From the human T2T-CHM13v2.0 reference genome, Homo sapiens, in assembly GCF_009914755.1 (NCBI RefSeq), contig NC_060943.1: a stretch of DNA of 64,000 nucleotides; one strand, given 5' to 3'. This document shows positions 16,941-36,621 of the stretch, piece after piece. The first letter of the stretch is position 1. Every line of letters begins with the position of its first letter. Under the pieces are notes generated by a model. That model was not told the origin of the DNA, searched no databases, and was given only the letters and a program-made list of their open reading frames with translations. Made by a program: the position numbers and the translations under genes.

Positions 16941-17192
<252 letters not shown>

Positions 17193-17195
17193 TCA

Positions 17196-17402
<207 letters not shown>

Positions 17403-17475
17403 TCAGTTGGACATCTTAGGCATGCCACACCCAAACTGGCCTCCAAATGAGCTCCTCTTACGTGTCCTCACCTAG

Positions 17476-18264
<789 letters not shown>

Positions 18265-18802
18265 TGAAGATGTCTCCCTGTGTGCTTTGTCTATTTGGCC
18301 GCTAGGCTGCCAGTCCCACGAGGGCAGGGACTTCTGCCCACAACACAAGTGTCTCTCAGGTCCTAACAGAGATCCTGGCCCAGGAGAGTCGCAGGCAAGA
18401 CGTTCAACAAACTCCTCCCTTCAGTCTTCCTTCCGCAGCAACCCTCTCATAGGGATATCTGAAGGCTGGCGAGGCCAATGTTTTGGTTTGCGTGGCCTTT
18501 CCCTAGTTGTTCTATGTGTTTGCTCATCTCCCCAGAACGAGGCCAGCATTGCAGCATCTCCAGCACCTAAAACATTTGCTACTAAACCATTAAATATTTG
18601 TTAAACAAATAAATGTGGAGGACAAGTACAGGGGACCATAAACACCCCAGGAGGGACTGCAAAGAGCCCGGGGACGGTGGGAAAGGGCATTCCCAGCGGT
18701 AGAAACGGCGCTGTGTGAAAACAAAACAAAAGCCTGGACGTTGCAGGGAAGGAACGCCGGCTGCCAGTGATAGGGAGGAGAGGCTGGAGCGGTGGGAGTT
18801 CA

Positions 18803-19576
<774 letters not shown>

Positions 19577-20720
19577 TCACTCCTGTAATCCCAGCACTTT
19601 GGGAGGCCGAGGCGGGCGGATCACGAGGTCAGGAGATGGAGACCATCCTGGCTAACACTGTGAAACCCCATCTCCACTAAAAATACAAAAAGTTAGCTGG
19701 GCGTGGTGCCGGGAGCCTGTAGTCCCAGCTACTCAGGAGGCTGAGGCAGGAGAATGGCATGAACCCTGGAGGCGGAACTTGCAGTGAGCGAGATTGGGCC
19801 ACTGTACTCCAGCTTGGGCGACAGAGCGAGACTCCGTCTCAAAAAAAAAAAAATTTTTTTTAAAAAGTGGTGTGTATGCAAACATGTATTTCCTAGCTTA
19901 ATCCACTGGGAGAGCTTAAGAGCAGCGACACCCCAATAGTGAGAAGCACCCCTAACATCCAAACCCTGGCCGCCACATCCCATTCTCCACTAAAAGGAAC
20001 CAGGGCTACCTGGAGAAATGGCTGATCCCAGGGTCATACAAGAGAAGGTACAAGATCTGGAATATTTTTGTGTGGCAGAAAGTGTCCCAACAGCAGGGCA
20101 AGTCACATAGATGCAGAAGTCACTAGCTAAATCTAGAAAATGTGAGCATCAAGATGATAGTCATAGATCACAAACCACTGAATAAAATTAAAATACAAGT
20201 TTATTCTGATATAACTCAGGCAGTGGGAAAGAAAAGCTCTTCTAATCTTTAGAAAGTGAACTAATAAATGTGTTTTGTTTTCAGACAGGGTCTCGCTCTG
20301 TCACCCAGGCTGGAGTGCAGTGGTGTGAACACGGCTCACTGCAGCCTCAACCTCCTAGGCTCAAGTGATCCTCCCATCTCAGCCTCCCAAGTAGCTAGGA
20401 CTACAGGTGTGCGCCATCATGCTTGGCTAATTTTTAAATTTTTCTGTAGAGACTGGGGTATCACTTTGTTGCCTAGGCTGGTTTTGAACTCCTGGGTTCA
20501 AGGAATCCTCCCACCTTGGCTTCCCAAAGTGCTAGGATTACAGGTGTGGGCCGCCATGACTGGCCGAACTAATAATGTAGAAGGTTGGAAAATCCTATTT
20601 GGCAACCACCACAGCATCGTTTCATGCAAGAAATATCAATAGATGTTCAAACTAGTGGGTGAACATCTGATAGGAATCGGGATATCTACAAAATGTCTCT
20701 ACACAAGATGTTTATTAACT

Positions 20721-21563
<843 letters not shown>

Positions 21564-22809
21564 TCACACCTGCCAACTGAATGCAACATGTGAGCCTGGT
21601 CATTAGCTAGGAATTTTTAACATACAAGGACATTAAGCGTGACCATTAGCGAACACTATAAAATCTGTACAGAAGAGCAGTTTCAATGTTAGCTTCCTGA
21701 CCTTGGTAACTGGAGAGCAGTTATGTAGCAGAATGTTCTTTAGGACAGGTATACAATGTGGAGCGGGAGGTGGAGGGGTGAATTTAACATTCTGATCCCA
21801 TTTTTGTCCGTTTTAAGTAAAATGCTATGACGAACCTGGCGAAGGGTATATTTTGTAATTCTTCTACATAACTTTTTTGAATAGATTGACAGTTCCCACC
21901 TACCCCACACCCAATTTCCCCAATGAACATCTCATATTAGTGTGCCCCATTTGTCACAATCCGTTAGACCAATATTCATCTATTAAGTCCATGCTTTATT
22001 CAAGCCTTCCTTTTTCCCTACGTTCTTTTTCTATTTCAGGAAACATTACATTTAGTCACCATGACTCTTTTGGTTGATCTTGGATGTGTCACTTTCTCAG
22101 AATTTTCTGATTAACCACCTTGGCAGACAAATCCCTCAACTGAGATCTGTCTGATGTCTGCTTCCTCTCAGTGAGGTGGTGTGTGTCTGCAAGAGGAGGA
22201 TCAGAGGGAAAGTGCCATTCTATCACATTAAAGGGACACTGTGAAGGTGATTCATCAGCAGTGTTTGCCTCGATTGGCTGGATGATGTAGTGTTTGCCAG
22301 GGACCTTCACTGAAAAGTTACTTTTCCCCCTCTCCACACTGCACTCTTTGGAGGAGTCACTGCAGCCCACGCCTAAGAAGTGGGGGTTCCATAGCCCTCC
22401 TTGAAGGCTGTCTACAGAAATTACTTATGATTTTGTGTAGATTTGCATATTCTCCCCATTTTGCCACTTAGCAATAGACTTATTTCACATTTTAGGTGAA
22501 AACCCAATATTATGCTATTTTGTTGTTCAAATTCTTTTCAGCTTTGGCCACTGGAAGCTTTCTGTTGGCTCCTGTGTCCCTGTGACTTAAGCATATCAGT
22601 GCGTGCTTTCAGGCACTGCAAGATGCCCCAGGCTCATCTTGTACATTTCCTGCCCCAGGCCTGGAATAATCTTAGTACAGCACTATTTTTGAAAGTTTTC
22701 TGCAAGTCTGCAATTATTTCAAAATTTAAAGTATCTGAATGGCTACACTTTTTTGGAAAGGTACTGGACATTAAAATCCTGGGATGTAGACAAACAAAAG
22801 CACCAGCAC

Positions 22810-25800
22810 AGTACAGATGGATAGCTAGTTTATTACAGGACTGCTGGTAGCACCAAACGAAACCAAGTCAATTCCTGTTAACGGGGCAGCTGAAGCGGTT
22901 GAGGGGTCTACCCCATGGAACCCCAGGAAGCAGCTGGAAAGCCTGAGTTCCCCCCATGCAGCAGCTAAAAGGGAATCGCACTGCCGCCCCCGACTCCACA
23001 CAACCATCAGTGCACGAGGGCAGCCCCCAGAGGCTTCACATTAACTGGAAAAGATTACACAAAAAGAGCAGGAAACTACCAATTTATGATGCCGTGTCCA
23101 TTTGCAGAGAGGTAATCAGCACCAAAATGAGTACTCAAGGCCCTGCGACCTCGGGTGAATTTCCTTTCTTATACTCCTGCTTTGCTGTCTTTTTTAATAG
23201 CATGTATCATGTTTTTTTTTTTTTTATTTTTAGAGACACAGTCTCATTGTCCCAGGCTGCAGTGCAGTGCCGCAATCATAGCTCACTGCAGCCTCAAACT
23301 CCTGGGCTCAAGTGATCTTCCCACCTCACCTCAGCCTTCCAAGTTAGCTGGGATTGCAGGCATGCACCACCATGCCCAGCTAATTTTTGTATTTTTTGTA
23401 GAGATGAAGGTCTCCCTATGATGCCCAGGCTGGTCTCGAACCCCTGGCCTCAAGAGACCCGCCCGCCTCGGCCTCCCAAATTGCTGGGATTACAGGCATG
23501 AGCCACTGTGCCCAGTCACTGTTCTTTATATACAAAAAAGAATGTGTGAAATTTTTAAAATGTACATTGCAAAAGACGATTATTCTACTCAAAATTTATT
23601 TGGTAAGATTTTATTAAGACTCTAAGTTCAAACACCCTTCTTGGGAAAAGCTCTACAGGATAACCACACATGCTCAACTACGGGGCCAGCTGCTGCAGCT
23701 GTGGGACCCCATCCTGTGGAAGAGGAGAGAGGCACTAAAAAGATGAGGTAGCCAGGCCTGTGCCCACACTACGAGACCTGCATCACCATGGTGTGAGGAG
23801 CAGCAACGTGGGTCAACTCGGGGCTGGGACGAGATGGAAGAGTAAAAGGCCTTTCTTCATAGGCCTGCCTATTTTATGACCACCAGGGTAGACTTTTGTA
23901 ATTAAATTAAGGTCCACATGACTTTAGAAAGACAAACTAAAAAACCCCAACCAAACGAGTCCTAGCTGTAGCTAACTCTGATTTCTGTAAATTGGATCTG
24001 ACTTTTTCTGCTTACATTCACTTAAAATCTCAAAGACTCAATGGGTGTGAAGTGCTAACACCTTGCGGCAAAATCTCAAATTCATCTGTGCCAGGCCCTC
24101 TGCACAGCAGGGCTCAGCAGGGCAGGCCAGGGCTCTGGTCCCTGGTCCCTTGCTGGGGGAGGTGTTCCATCCGGCCAGCGCCCGGCCATGCAGCCACGTG
24201 ACTCAAGCACGGGAAGTGCAGGGGCCCAGACACATCCAGGCTAAAGGGCAGTGACTAGGGGAGGGCTGACCCCAAGCTGAACAGGGTTCTAACCAAACGC
24301 TCAGGAGCTCCCAGGTGACAGCAACCACGCCACCATGAACACACCACTGGGTCTGTACTGGAATTTGGGGGCCTCAAGGCTTCCAGGTGGCAGCATAAAC
24401 AGGGAGGTGGGGCAGGATAGGAATGCCCCCCTCTGAGGCTCGGCAGCCGGGTGGAATGAACCACTCCCTCTCATTCAGTGACAGCACAGGCACCCTCCTC
24501 ATTCTGGGCTACCCAGATCTTCCAGCCCTGTCCCTCCACCCCACCTCTCTTAGCCTAAGCAGCACTGAGGGCCTGGAGTGGTCTCTGTCCACCCCACCCC
24601 CACATGCGGGGAGCCTTCCCATACCCCTCAGCCCCACAGCACCAGCTCCACCCACCCTCTCCAGCCTGAGCTCCTGCACACACCCCAGCTGCCCTCACCC
24701 TGAGCTCAGTGCCCTCCTTGCTGAAGGGAACGGCTAGTACAGGAGGAGCTGGGGCCCAGGGGTCTGACTCCATCACCAAGGCAAAGCCCAGAGTGGTTGG
24801 GCTGGCGTGAGTGCAGGCTGGGCCCTGGTCTGAAATGAGTGTCTTTATTGCTTGTACCGTACAAATATGAAGACGAGGAGAAAGGCCAGTAGGGACGGAG
24901 AACTGTCAGATAACAACATCGCACACAGAGGAAAAAGACCCTCACCCACCCGAACCAACCCCACCCCTCCCCACCCTGCCATGAACTGTGTAGTACAGGA
25001 GATGGGATAGGGAGAGCAAACCCACAAAAGCTAAACTCCAAACACCCAGAGGTGTTGCTACAGGGAGGGGAGGCGTGGGCAGGGCAGCTCATGGATCACA
25101 GTGGGGCTCCTCCCACTAGGTCAGCACCCCTCCCCCACAGGATGAAATGCTCGGGCCAGGGATGGGGCCCAAGCCCACACACCATGCACACTGGAGGACA
25201 CGCTGCCCTCACACAAACACACATGCACACACACCCACGTGTGCCTGCGTCCCGCCGACACACGCAGTCCGAGGCACGCACAGGAGTCCCACAGCACTGA
25301 CATGGACGTGCACTCATGTTCAACCTTAAGGCTGCAGAACGTGGGGCCCTGGGGAGAGGGAGGGGTGAGGGGGGCCTAGGAGCCTCCCTTTTCAGAGGCC
25401 CCCCACCCCAATAGGTACCAGAGATGCCCACCCCCACCCCTCCCTGACCAAGTCCATGGGGCCCAATACTGTCCGGTGTAAGATTGTAACAGCCAAGGCT
25501 GGTGGCCCTCCACCCCCGCAGAGGAGAGGGTGAGCCCAGCCCATAGCCCCCAGTGGGGCCAGGCCAGGCCCAGGGTCCAGCGGGAGGTAAGGCCAGCTGG
25601 AAGGAAGCCCTAGTAAGGCACGGGGCTGGGAGGCAGGCAGGTTTGGCCCCAAATGTTCCTCCTGCCTCATCCATAGGGTGAGGACAGTTTGGTGGGGAGG
25701 AGGCCGGACCAGGAGGCGGCACCCAGCCCGGCCACTCCTGGTTCCCCATGGTACAGATCCTAGGATCTGACTCCATTCACCAGGGAGCAGCCCTAACCCC

Positions 25801-26366
25801 CAGCCCTGCAGCTCCCAAGGGCCCCTGCCTGCCCCTGGACATTATTGCTTTTCTGCCCCCATAGGGGGACAGCGGGTGGGGGATTGGACCGCCCCGTGCC
25901 TGGCCACTCCGAGCCTAGGCCACGGGGCCTGGAAGGCAGCACCACTGTCTGCCGGGTGTCGCGTCCCACCAGAAGGCAGCCTTCGTCCAGATGCAGCAGC
26001 GCGGAGGCAGACACCAGCACGACACCCAGGCCAGAAACTCAGGCAGGCCCCAGGCGCCATGCTTCACCCCTCACTGGGGCTTGTGTGGATTAAAACCTGA
26101 ATCTCCAACCGCCCAACAGCCCAGGCCTGGGCGGGAGGTGGAGTCTTCCAAATGCGAGTCTGGGCACAAAGGTGAGGCTGGAGGCTGGAGGCAGGGGCTG
26201 CAGGGGCCGCTGGGGTGCGTCTGGGAGGGGCCTGAAGAAGAACTGGAAAGGGGGTGAGGAGGTGGGGGTGGGGACACAAACCAAAAAGGCTAAGTAAAAA
26301 GTTAGGGGGAAAAAACCACCCAGCGGTGATGGCAGCGAGCGTGCGTCCTCTGCGTGGGCAGACTGC
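22810..26366 (-). other. AKT2: AKT2 3'UTR with AATAAA signals at 24844-24849, 23610-23615/23595-23600 and 22829-22834
   Basis: tttatt hexamers on + downstream of the stop. Confidence 0.8.
23212..23515 (-). mobile_element. AluJ-like element in distal AKT2 3'UTR (sense to AKT2)
   Basis: reverse Alu consensus with poly-T. Confidence 0.85.
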
Positions 26367-26591
<225 letters not shown>

Positions 26592-27369
26592 TCAGCCACG
26601 GACCCACTCCCCAAACCTGAGCCCCGGGCGGCCTCCTCTGGGAGTTTCCTGTGCCCTTGCCCATGCGCCCCACAGCTGGCAGGGCCTTCTGAGCCTCCCA
26701 CCTTCTCTCTGCCCCACACACCACCATGCCAGAGTCCAGCCCAGAGCCCTGTCCTGGCCTGCCTCTCGCACCCTCCCATCCATTCTCCACGGGCAGCCAG
26801 GGGGGCTTTCTAAAGGCCTGCTTTAACCCTGTCCCTCTCTGTATGAAACCCTTCCATGGCTGGCTCCCGCCATGCAAGCAGTCCCCACCCCTCCCAGTGG
26901 CCCCCAGACCCTTGCACTCCAGCCCCATGCCCTCTCTTCTCACCACCATCTCCCTGGCTGCTGCCGGTCCTTAGCTATGCCATGCTTCTCCCATTGCTGG
27001 CATCCCACACGTCATTCCTCCGGCCAGCTGACACGTTTGCTTCCTCCTCTAGAAAGCCCTCCCTAACTGCAGGCCAGGTCGGATATTTCCTCTGGGATTC
27101 CCCAGTCCCTGGCCTCCCACGCCCTAGCCCTGACCACTCCAGGCCGCCCACCCTACCTGGGCTGGGAGCTTTCCAGGGCAGGGCCCAGGGCTGGCTCAAT
27201 CAGTGCTGTGTCCCCAGCATAGCCCAGCCCTGGGCTGAGTTCAGAGTAAGAACCCAAACAGCTGTAAAGCAGTGAACCCAGCCAGGCTCAGGGACCGGGC
27301 TGCCTCCTGCCCTGAGCCCCCCGACTGAGCTCCAGAACGTGCTGCAGTCAATGGCTCCTGGTGGCCTCA

Positions 27370-27642
<273 letters not shown>

Positions 27643-27757
27643 CTACGGAGGAGAGGAGCTCAGGCTCAGGGACCCTGAGGCCAGGAGGCCTCAACCAAGG
27701 TCACCACGAGTGGGCCAGGTCCCTGAGGGTCCTGCTGGGGCAAGCAGTGGGGCTCAC

Positions 27758-27845
27758 CTTCTTCTGGACCACGTCCTGCCAGTTGATGCTGAGGAAGAAC
27801 CTGTGCTCCATGACCTCCTTGGCATCGCTGGGCCCCCCACCAAGC
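27758..27845 (-). CDS. AKT2: AKT2 exon 12 ([29 protein letters not shown])
   Basis: cacag| ... |gtgagc. Confidence 0.96.
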
Positions 27846-28383
27846 CTGTGCAGAGACGGCCGTCAGCACCTGCCTCCCGGAGCAGCTGGGTTCGGGCAGA
27901 CGGGCTTTCGGAGCAGGCAGGCCCTGTATGGCCCTTAATGATTCTGTCTTGACCACAAACCACTTCACAGAGGAGGAAACCGAGGCTCAGGGAGGGAGCT
28001 CACGTGCCCAGGGTCAGAGCCAGGGAGTCAGCAACCCGGACCCACGTGTCCTCACTGCCTGGCCTTACCCTGAGTCCAGAAAGGGAGTTAGTAGGGCAGG
28101 CTCCGTTCCTATCCTGGCTCTGCCACATATGGTTTGGTGGCCCCAGCCAGGCCCAGGGGATGCCCTGTTCCTCAGTGTCCCCATAAAATAAGGCAGTGTC
28201 AAGGATGGGCCTGCCCTGGGGGAAGCACTCCCTAAGTGCCACTGTGGACGTTTTCAGGGGCTGTGTGGGGACGACACACTGCGACCCTACAAGCGAGCAC
28301 CCTTGTGGACGCTGCCCCCTCCAGGCCGCAGGGACAGTGGCAGCAGCTGGCGCTGGGCTGGGTGGGGCCGACGCCAGCCCTCA

Positions 28384-28892
<509 letters not shown>

Positions 28893-29922
28893 TCAACGGA
28901 TCTCAGGTGCATGCTCCCAAGGCTTCCTGCCACCCCAGCCTTTCCTTCCAGGGAAAGATGCCCGGGGCTCCTGGACATCAACCCTCCCATGCCAGGCTGG
29001 GCCCAGCACACACAGCCTCACCCTCTGAGGCTCAGAGAGAGGCCAGATCCAACCCTCCTCACCCTCTGGCCCACCCCCATGGTACCTGGGAACAGCTGGG
29101 CAGGGAGAGCCGAGAGCCAGGCCCTGTCCACCCACCGTCCCCATTGTGAACTGTGGTTCTTATTTCGAACGTGGGGGCACTAGCTTTCTTCTATTCTTTT
29201 TTTCTAGACTTTCTGTCCTTTAATTATGAAATATGCAGCCAGGCAAAGTGGCTCACACCTGTAATCCCAGCAATTTGGGGGACTTAGGTGGCAGGATTGC
29301 TTGAACCCATGAGTTTGAGACCAGCCTGGGCAACACAGCGAGACCCCATCTCCATATTTCTTAATATGAAAAAAAAAATTAGCCAGGCATGGTGGCACAC
29401 ACCTATAGTCCCAGCTACTTGCGAGGCTGAGGTGGCATCTCCCCCTGGAAGGCCCTGTGTGCCCCTCCCGGTTACTGACCATCCCCCACAAGAATTAACC
29501 TCTACTTCCCATCTGTACCACTGCACACAGACACACCTGTGAACTGTGGACTCACCTCCTCTGTGCGGCTTTCCCTCGACATTAGCCTATGAGACGCGTC
29601 CACACTGTCGTGTGTAGCTGTAGCTCATTCCTAACTGCTGTGTGGCGTCCCACTGTGAGAACACTCCACAGTGGATCTGACTGTTCCTCTCACAGTGGAT
29701 ACTTGGGTTGTTCCAGTTGGGGCTAGAGTAAGTCCTGCTGCTGAGTGAGGGGGACACTTTCTAAGGTGAGTGTGTGTCCCCACTTCTCCTGTGCACACAG
29801 CTAGGGCAGATGACTGGTGCTCAGCTTTGGTGGACACTGCCAAACTATCTTCTAAACTTGGCCGGGCGCGGGGGCTCATGCCTGTAATCCAAGCACTTTG
29901 GGAGGCTGAGGTGGGTGGATCA

Positions 29923-30192
<270 letters not shown>

Positions 30193-30205
30193 CTAGGAGC
30201 GCTCA

Positions 30206-30724
<519 letters not shown>

Positions 30725-31354
30725 TCAAGGCAGAGCGCAGAAGCTCATAAGTGACACAGAGCTGGGGGGAAGGGCGAGGGTCTGCCAGGAGGCACCCATG
30801 AGAGGGTATGGGAGAGACATCCGAGACAGGAGGGAGGATGGCATGGAGGCAAAAAGAAGCACACGTCATGACCAAGTAACAATAGGCCATGGGCAAGCCC
30901 AGATCAGACAGATGAGCAAACCACGCATCCCAAAGCAGGTGTGCCAACCACTGCACAGAGAAGGCGCGAGGCAAGGAGTGGGTGACAAAAGTGAGGCGAC
31001 TCTGTAAGGGGAAGCTGAGCGGCTGCGGGAATTCACTTCGAGAGGACACGGGAACGGAGGGCTGCTAGGTTTTAACCCTTGGGGGCTTTCTCTGGGGCCT
31101 TTAAGACCATCCTTCCCAGTGCTATCGCCCCACAGCCCTCTCCACACCTCTCTGGACTGGTTTGGACCTGACCCACCCACTCACTAGCTGTGTAAACTTG
31201 GGCAAGCCACTTAACCTCTCTGAGCCTCAGTGACTGCCCCCCCAAAATGGAGACGAAGCCGCCTGCCTCAAGGGAGAGGGGCACCAGATGACACTGAAAT
31301 TTCCCTCCACCCTTCCATCTCACCCACAGCTCCTCTCCATCCCGCCCCACCCTA

Positions 31355-31672
<318 letters not shown>

Positions 31673-32539
31673 TTACATGCTGAACCATCTTGTCCTCTGC
31701 CTCCATCAGGCACAGCCAAGGGAGAACTAGAGCTGTTCTGAGCAACCATGGCTCTTGTTTTTACAGTAAAATGTGTTCAACTTACACACACAAGTGATGT
31801 CTGCTGTGGCTGGGAGTGGCAAAGGCTTGGGAGCCAACTTCAATGACAGGATGGACAGGCTGTCAGTCAACAAACAGTAGTTCTCCACTGCACTAAGGAG
31901 ATCTACAGAGAGTTCCTCAGAGACTCCCACCAGGGGGTCCTTCAGCTCATGACAACTCAACTATTCTGTTTTCTGCACTGAGGTACCTCATAAGATTTTA
32001 TTTGAAAAAGTACTGTGGCTTAATAGGATACCTGGACAGCAACTGAGATAAAGAAATGATACATAAGCCATCCTCAATCTAGTCCATTTAACTGGTGGCC
32101 ACTGGCCTTGATGGAGACTGCAGCCCAAACAGGCATCTACTCAGTCCAGGCTGACAGACAACACAATGCTAACACATCTGCTTCTATGAGCATATCTGAA
32201 AACAAAAACAAAAAAAATAATGTTTCCACTTCAACCAGCTGGGCTAAGTGCTCCTAACTCATAGAGACAGCAGCCAGCAAATAATGTGATATCTTCAGTT
32301 AGTTCAAATGCTTACATGAAGCCACCATCTATGAAGAAGCTGTCACCCTCCCACTCCCCGAGCCTGCTCACCCCCACCACATGTCTTGGTTCGGATGACT
32401 TGGCAGGGCGCAGCAACACCTTGCCCTGCCCGCCTGGCCTACCCCAAGACTGTGCTTTGTACCAGAAGATTAGGGCTCTCTCTCTGAGCTCTGTCCAAAG
32501 GCTGGCCTCACACTGTCTGGGAAGGGGAGGGCAACTCAC

Positions 32540-32605
32540 AGTGAGGAACGGGTGCCTGGTGTTCTGGAGGACCCGGCTCTCGGTGACTGTGTGAGCGACT
32601 TCATC
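32540..32605 (-). CDS. AKT2: AKT2 exon 7 ([22 protein letters not shown])
   Basis: ctgcag| ... |gtgagt. Confidence 0.97.
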
Positions 32606-33219
32606 CTGCAGACAGACTGCGGGTGAGGGGCTGGTGGGCAACACCACACCTGCCCACTCCGCCCCGACGAAGGGGAGCAAGGCCTTGTGAAATGCAATTC
32701 CATTCCCAGCCATAAATGCAGAAAATCACAGGAGTGAAAAGTGAAAGCCTGCAAACCCTCAGCAAATAGCAGACCCAGACGAGGATCATCAGTGGCTCTC
32801 AAAGCCACAGGTGAAAAGTCAGCAGGAATGTCACAATGTAAGGACCAGGCTGCTAGGGACAAGACACCTGTGACGTCCCTGCAAGGGAGACAAACAGACA
32901 TCACGAGAGCCCCGAGGTGCCACCACAGGCTGTGGGAAGTCCCACCTAGAAAGCATTCTTGCCCAAAGAAGGAAAAACAGTGCTTCTTGGTGTGGTCCCC
33001 ACACAGCACCTCAGCACCGCCTGGGAACTGGCAGCAATGCAAATTCCTGGGACCTACCCCCAGGCCCACTGAGTCAGAAACTCGGGGTGGGCCCAGCACT
33101 GTCTCACAAGCCCTTTGGGTGACTCTAATTCAGGTTCTAATTTGGTACCTGACTGTACAGCAGAACCACCAGGAGTGGTTCCAAAAATCTGGAGCCACCT
33201 GCAGCAACGTGAACACAGG

Positions 33220-33740
<521 letters not shown>

Positions 33741-34306
33741 GCCTTAGGCCCAATCGTCACATCAGGAATGAACAGCTAATTTGGTTGGCTCTGATGGCAG
33801 CACCACATGATTATATTCTTTACAGTCTTCATCTGTCAGGACACATGTTCAAGTATGGATGAGTGAAGTGACGTGTTGTCTAGGACAGGCCTTAAAGTAT
33901 TCCAGAACAAGAGGGACAGGCAGAGCTAAGGAAACAAGGCTGGCTAAACGCTGATAACTGGTTAAACTGGACAATGGCTACATGGGGGTCCGTAATATTT
34001 ATTTTCTTTTTAAATTTTTGAATGTCTTTGGAATCTTCCACTACAAAAAATTCAAATAAGGGAAAAAGTAGAATTCCACTCCTGGCCCGGCCTCCACCTG
34101 GGATACCCTGAGCAAAGCCCGGGACTCCCCAACAGCGACGTCCTCCCCAACAGGCCCCAGCCTCCCTTGACAGTACCTGCTGGGTGGGGCCCCGAGGCTC
34201 TCTCTCTCCACAGGCACCCCCAGCCCCTAACATAGGGTGGAGGTGGGGACTCAGCAGCAAGGCCTGCTGCTCCTCTCTGGGCCTCAGGCTCCCCCTTTTC
34301 TGACTA

Positions 34307-34672
<366 letters not shown>

Positions 34673-35028
34673 TTAGGCTGGAGCAGGAAGGGAGGCTCTG
34701 GGCAGCAACTGTGTGTTCTGAAGCGGCCTTCAGACCAGGCTCTGCAGGCACAGGGCCTTGGGAGGGCTGGGCTCTGACGTGGGGGTAGCCAGGTCTTCAC
34801 CAACTCCCAGGACGAACCTGCAGTGGGTCCACCCAAGGTTGCTCCCTCCCCTACGGGCATGGAGCACACCCTAGGGCACCTGCCACCTGAAATCACCCCA
34901 CCCTGCAGGGCAGCCTTGTCTCTCAGCTGAGCCCCCTGAACTGTGTTATGGAAACCAAGGAGAGCAGGCCAGCACTGGGGGTGGGGGCACCGCAGGCTGG
35001 CAGCCCCACCCCTGCTCCCAGCACTTAC

Positions 35029-35182
35029 CACTTTAGCCCGTGCCTTGCTGACCGCCACTTCCATCTCCTCAGTCGTGGAGGAGTCACTGGGGGAGCCACA
35101 CTTGTAGTCCATGGGGTCCTCGCCTGGGGCCCGCTGCTTGAGGCTGTTGGCGACCATCTGGATGGCCCGCATCCACTCCTCC
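35029..35182 (-). CDS. AKT2: AKT2 exon 5 ([16 protein letters not shown]…KARAKV)
   Basis: gcacag| ... |gtaagt. Confidence 0.97.
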
Positions 35183-35516
35183 CTGTGCAGGGACACACGT
35201 GAGTCCCAGCAGCCAGGAGTCCTGGGCCTCAGAGTCGAACAGCTGAGTGCCACCTCCCAGCCACCCCCAGCAACAGGCAAGCAAATGACCACATAACCAT
35301 GGGAATTTGGGCAAGATCTGTCAGAACCAGAGAGAGCTGAAGGGACCTGAGTGAAATTCCACGCCAGGCGCAGTGGCTCATGCCTATAATCCCAGCACTT
35401 TGGGAGGCTGAGGCGGATGGATCACAAGGTCAGGAGTTCGAGACCAGCCTGGCCAACATGGTGAAACCCCGTCTCTACTAAAAATACAAAAATTAGTCAG
35501 GGGTGGCATTCGCCTA

Positions 35517-35668
<152 letters not shown>

Positions 35669-36318
35669 TCACCAATTTCCCTAAAGTGACCTGGCCTGAG
35701 GGCCATTTGAAGCCAGGCAGCAGGGAAATGATCAAAAAGGAGTGACCCTCTCTTTTCACAGCCCCTTGAAAATGAGCCACCACCCTGAGCCTTGAATGAG
35801 GGAGAGAGAGTGCTCCTGTGAATTCTTCGGAACAAATGACAAGCTCAAGTTTATAAGTTACCAATGTTTTGTAAAGTTAAACCAAGAGTAAGAAGCAGCA
35901 TTCATTAGCCAAAGGAGCTGAAGACACTGCAAGGCAAGAGCTGGCCCGCAGGACTCCCTGGAGGGGACAGTCCACTGGGAGCAGGGAGTCTGCATGGCAG
36001 GGACAGAGGTCCTGGCAGCCCAGGGATGTAGAGGAGAGAAGCTGGTGGACAAGAAGTAGGTCCCAGCAGAAGGGAGCCTGGTTTAAGAACAGTTAACTAG
36101 AGGCTAAGCACTGTGGCTCACACCTGTAATCCCAGCATTTTGGGAGGCCAAGGTGGACCAAGTGCTTGAGCCGAAGCGTTCAAGACCAGCCTAGGTAACA
36201 AAGCAAGACCCATCTCTTAAAAAGTTTTTAAAAAACAAAAATAAAAAATAAAAACAGGCCAGGTGCGATGGCTCACGCCTGTAATCCCAGCACTTTGGGA
36301 GGCCAAGGTGGAGGATCA

Positions 36319-36621
<303 letters not shown>

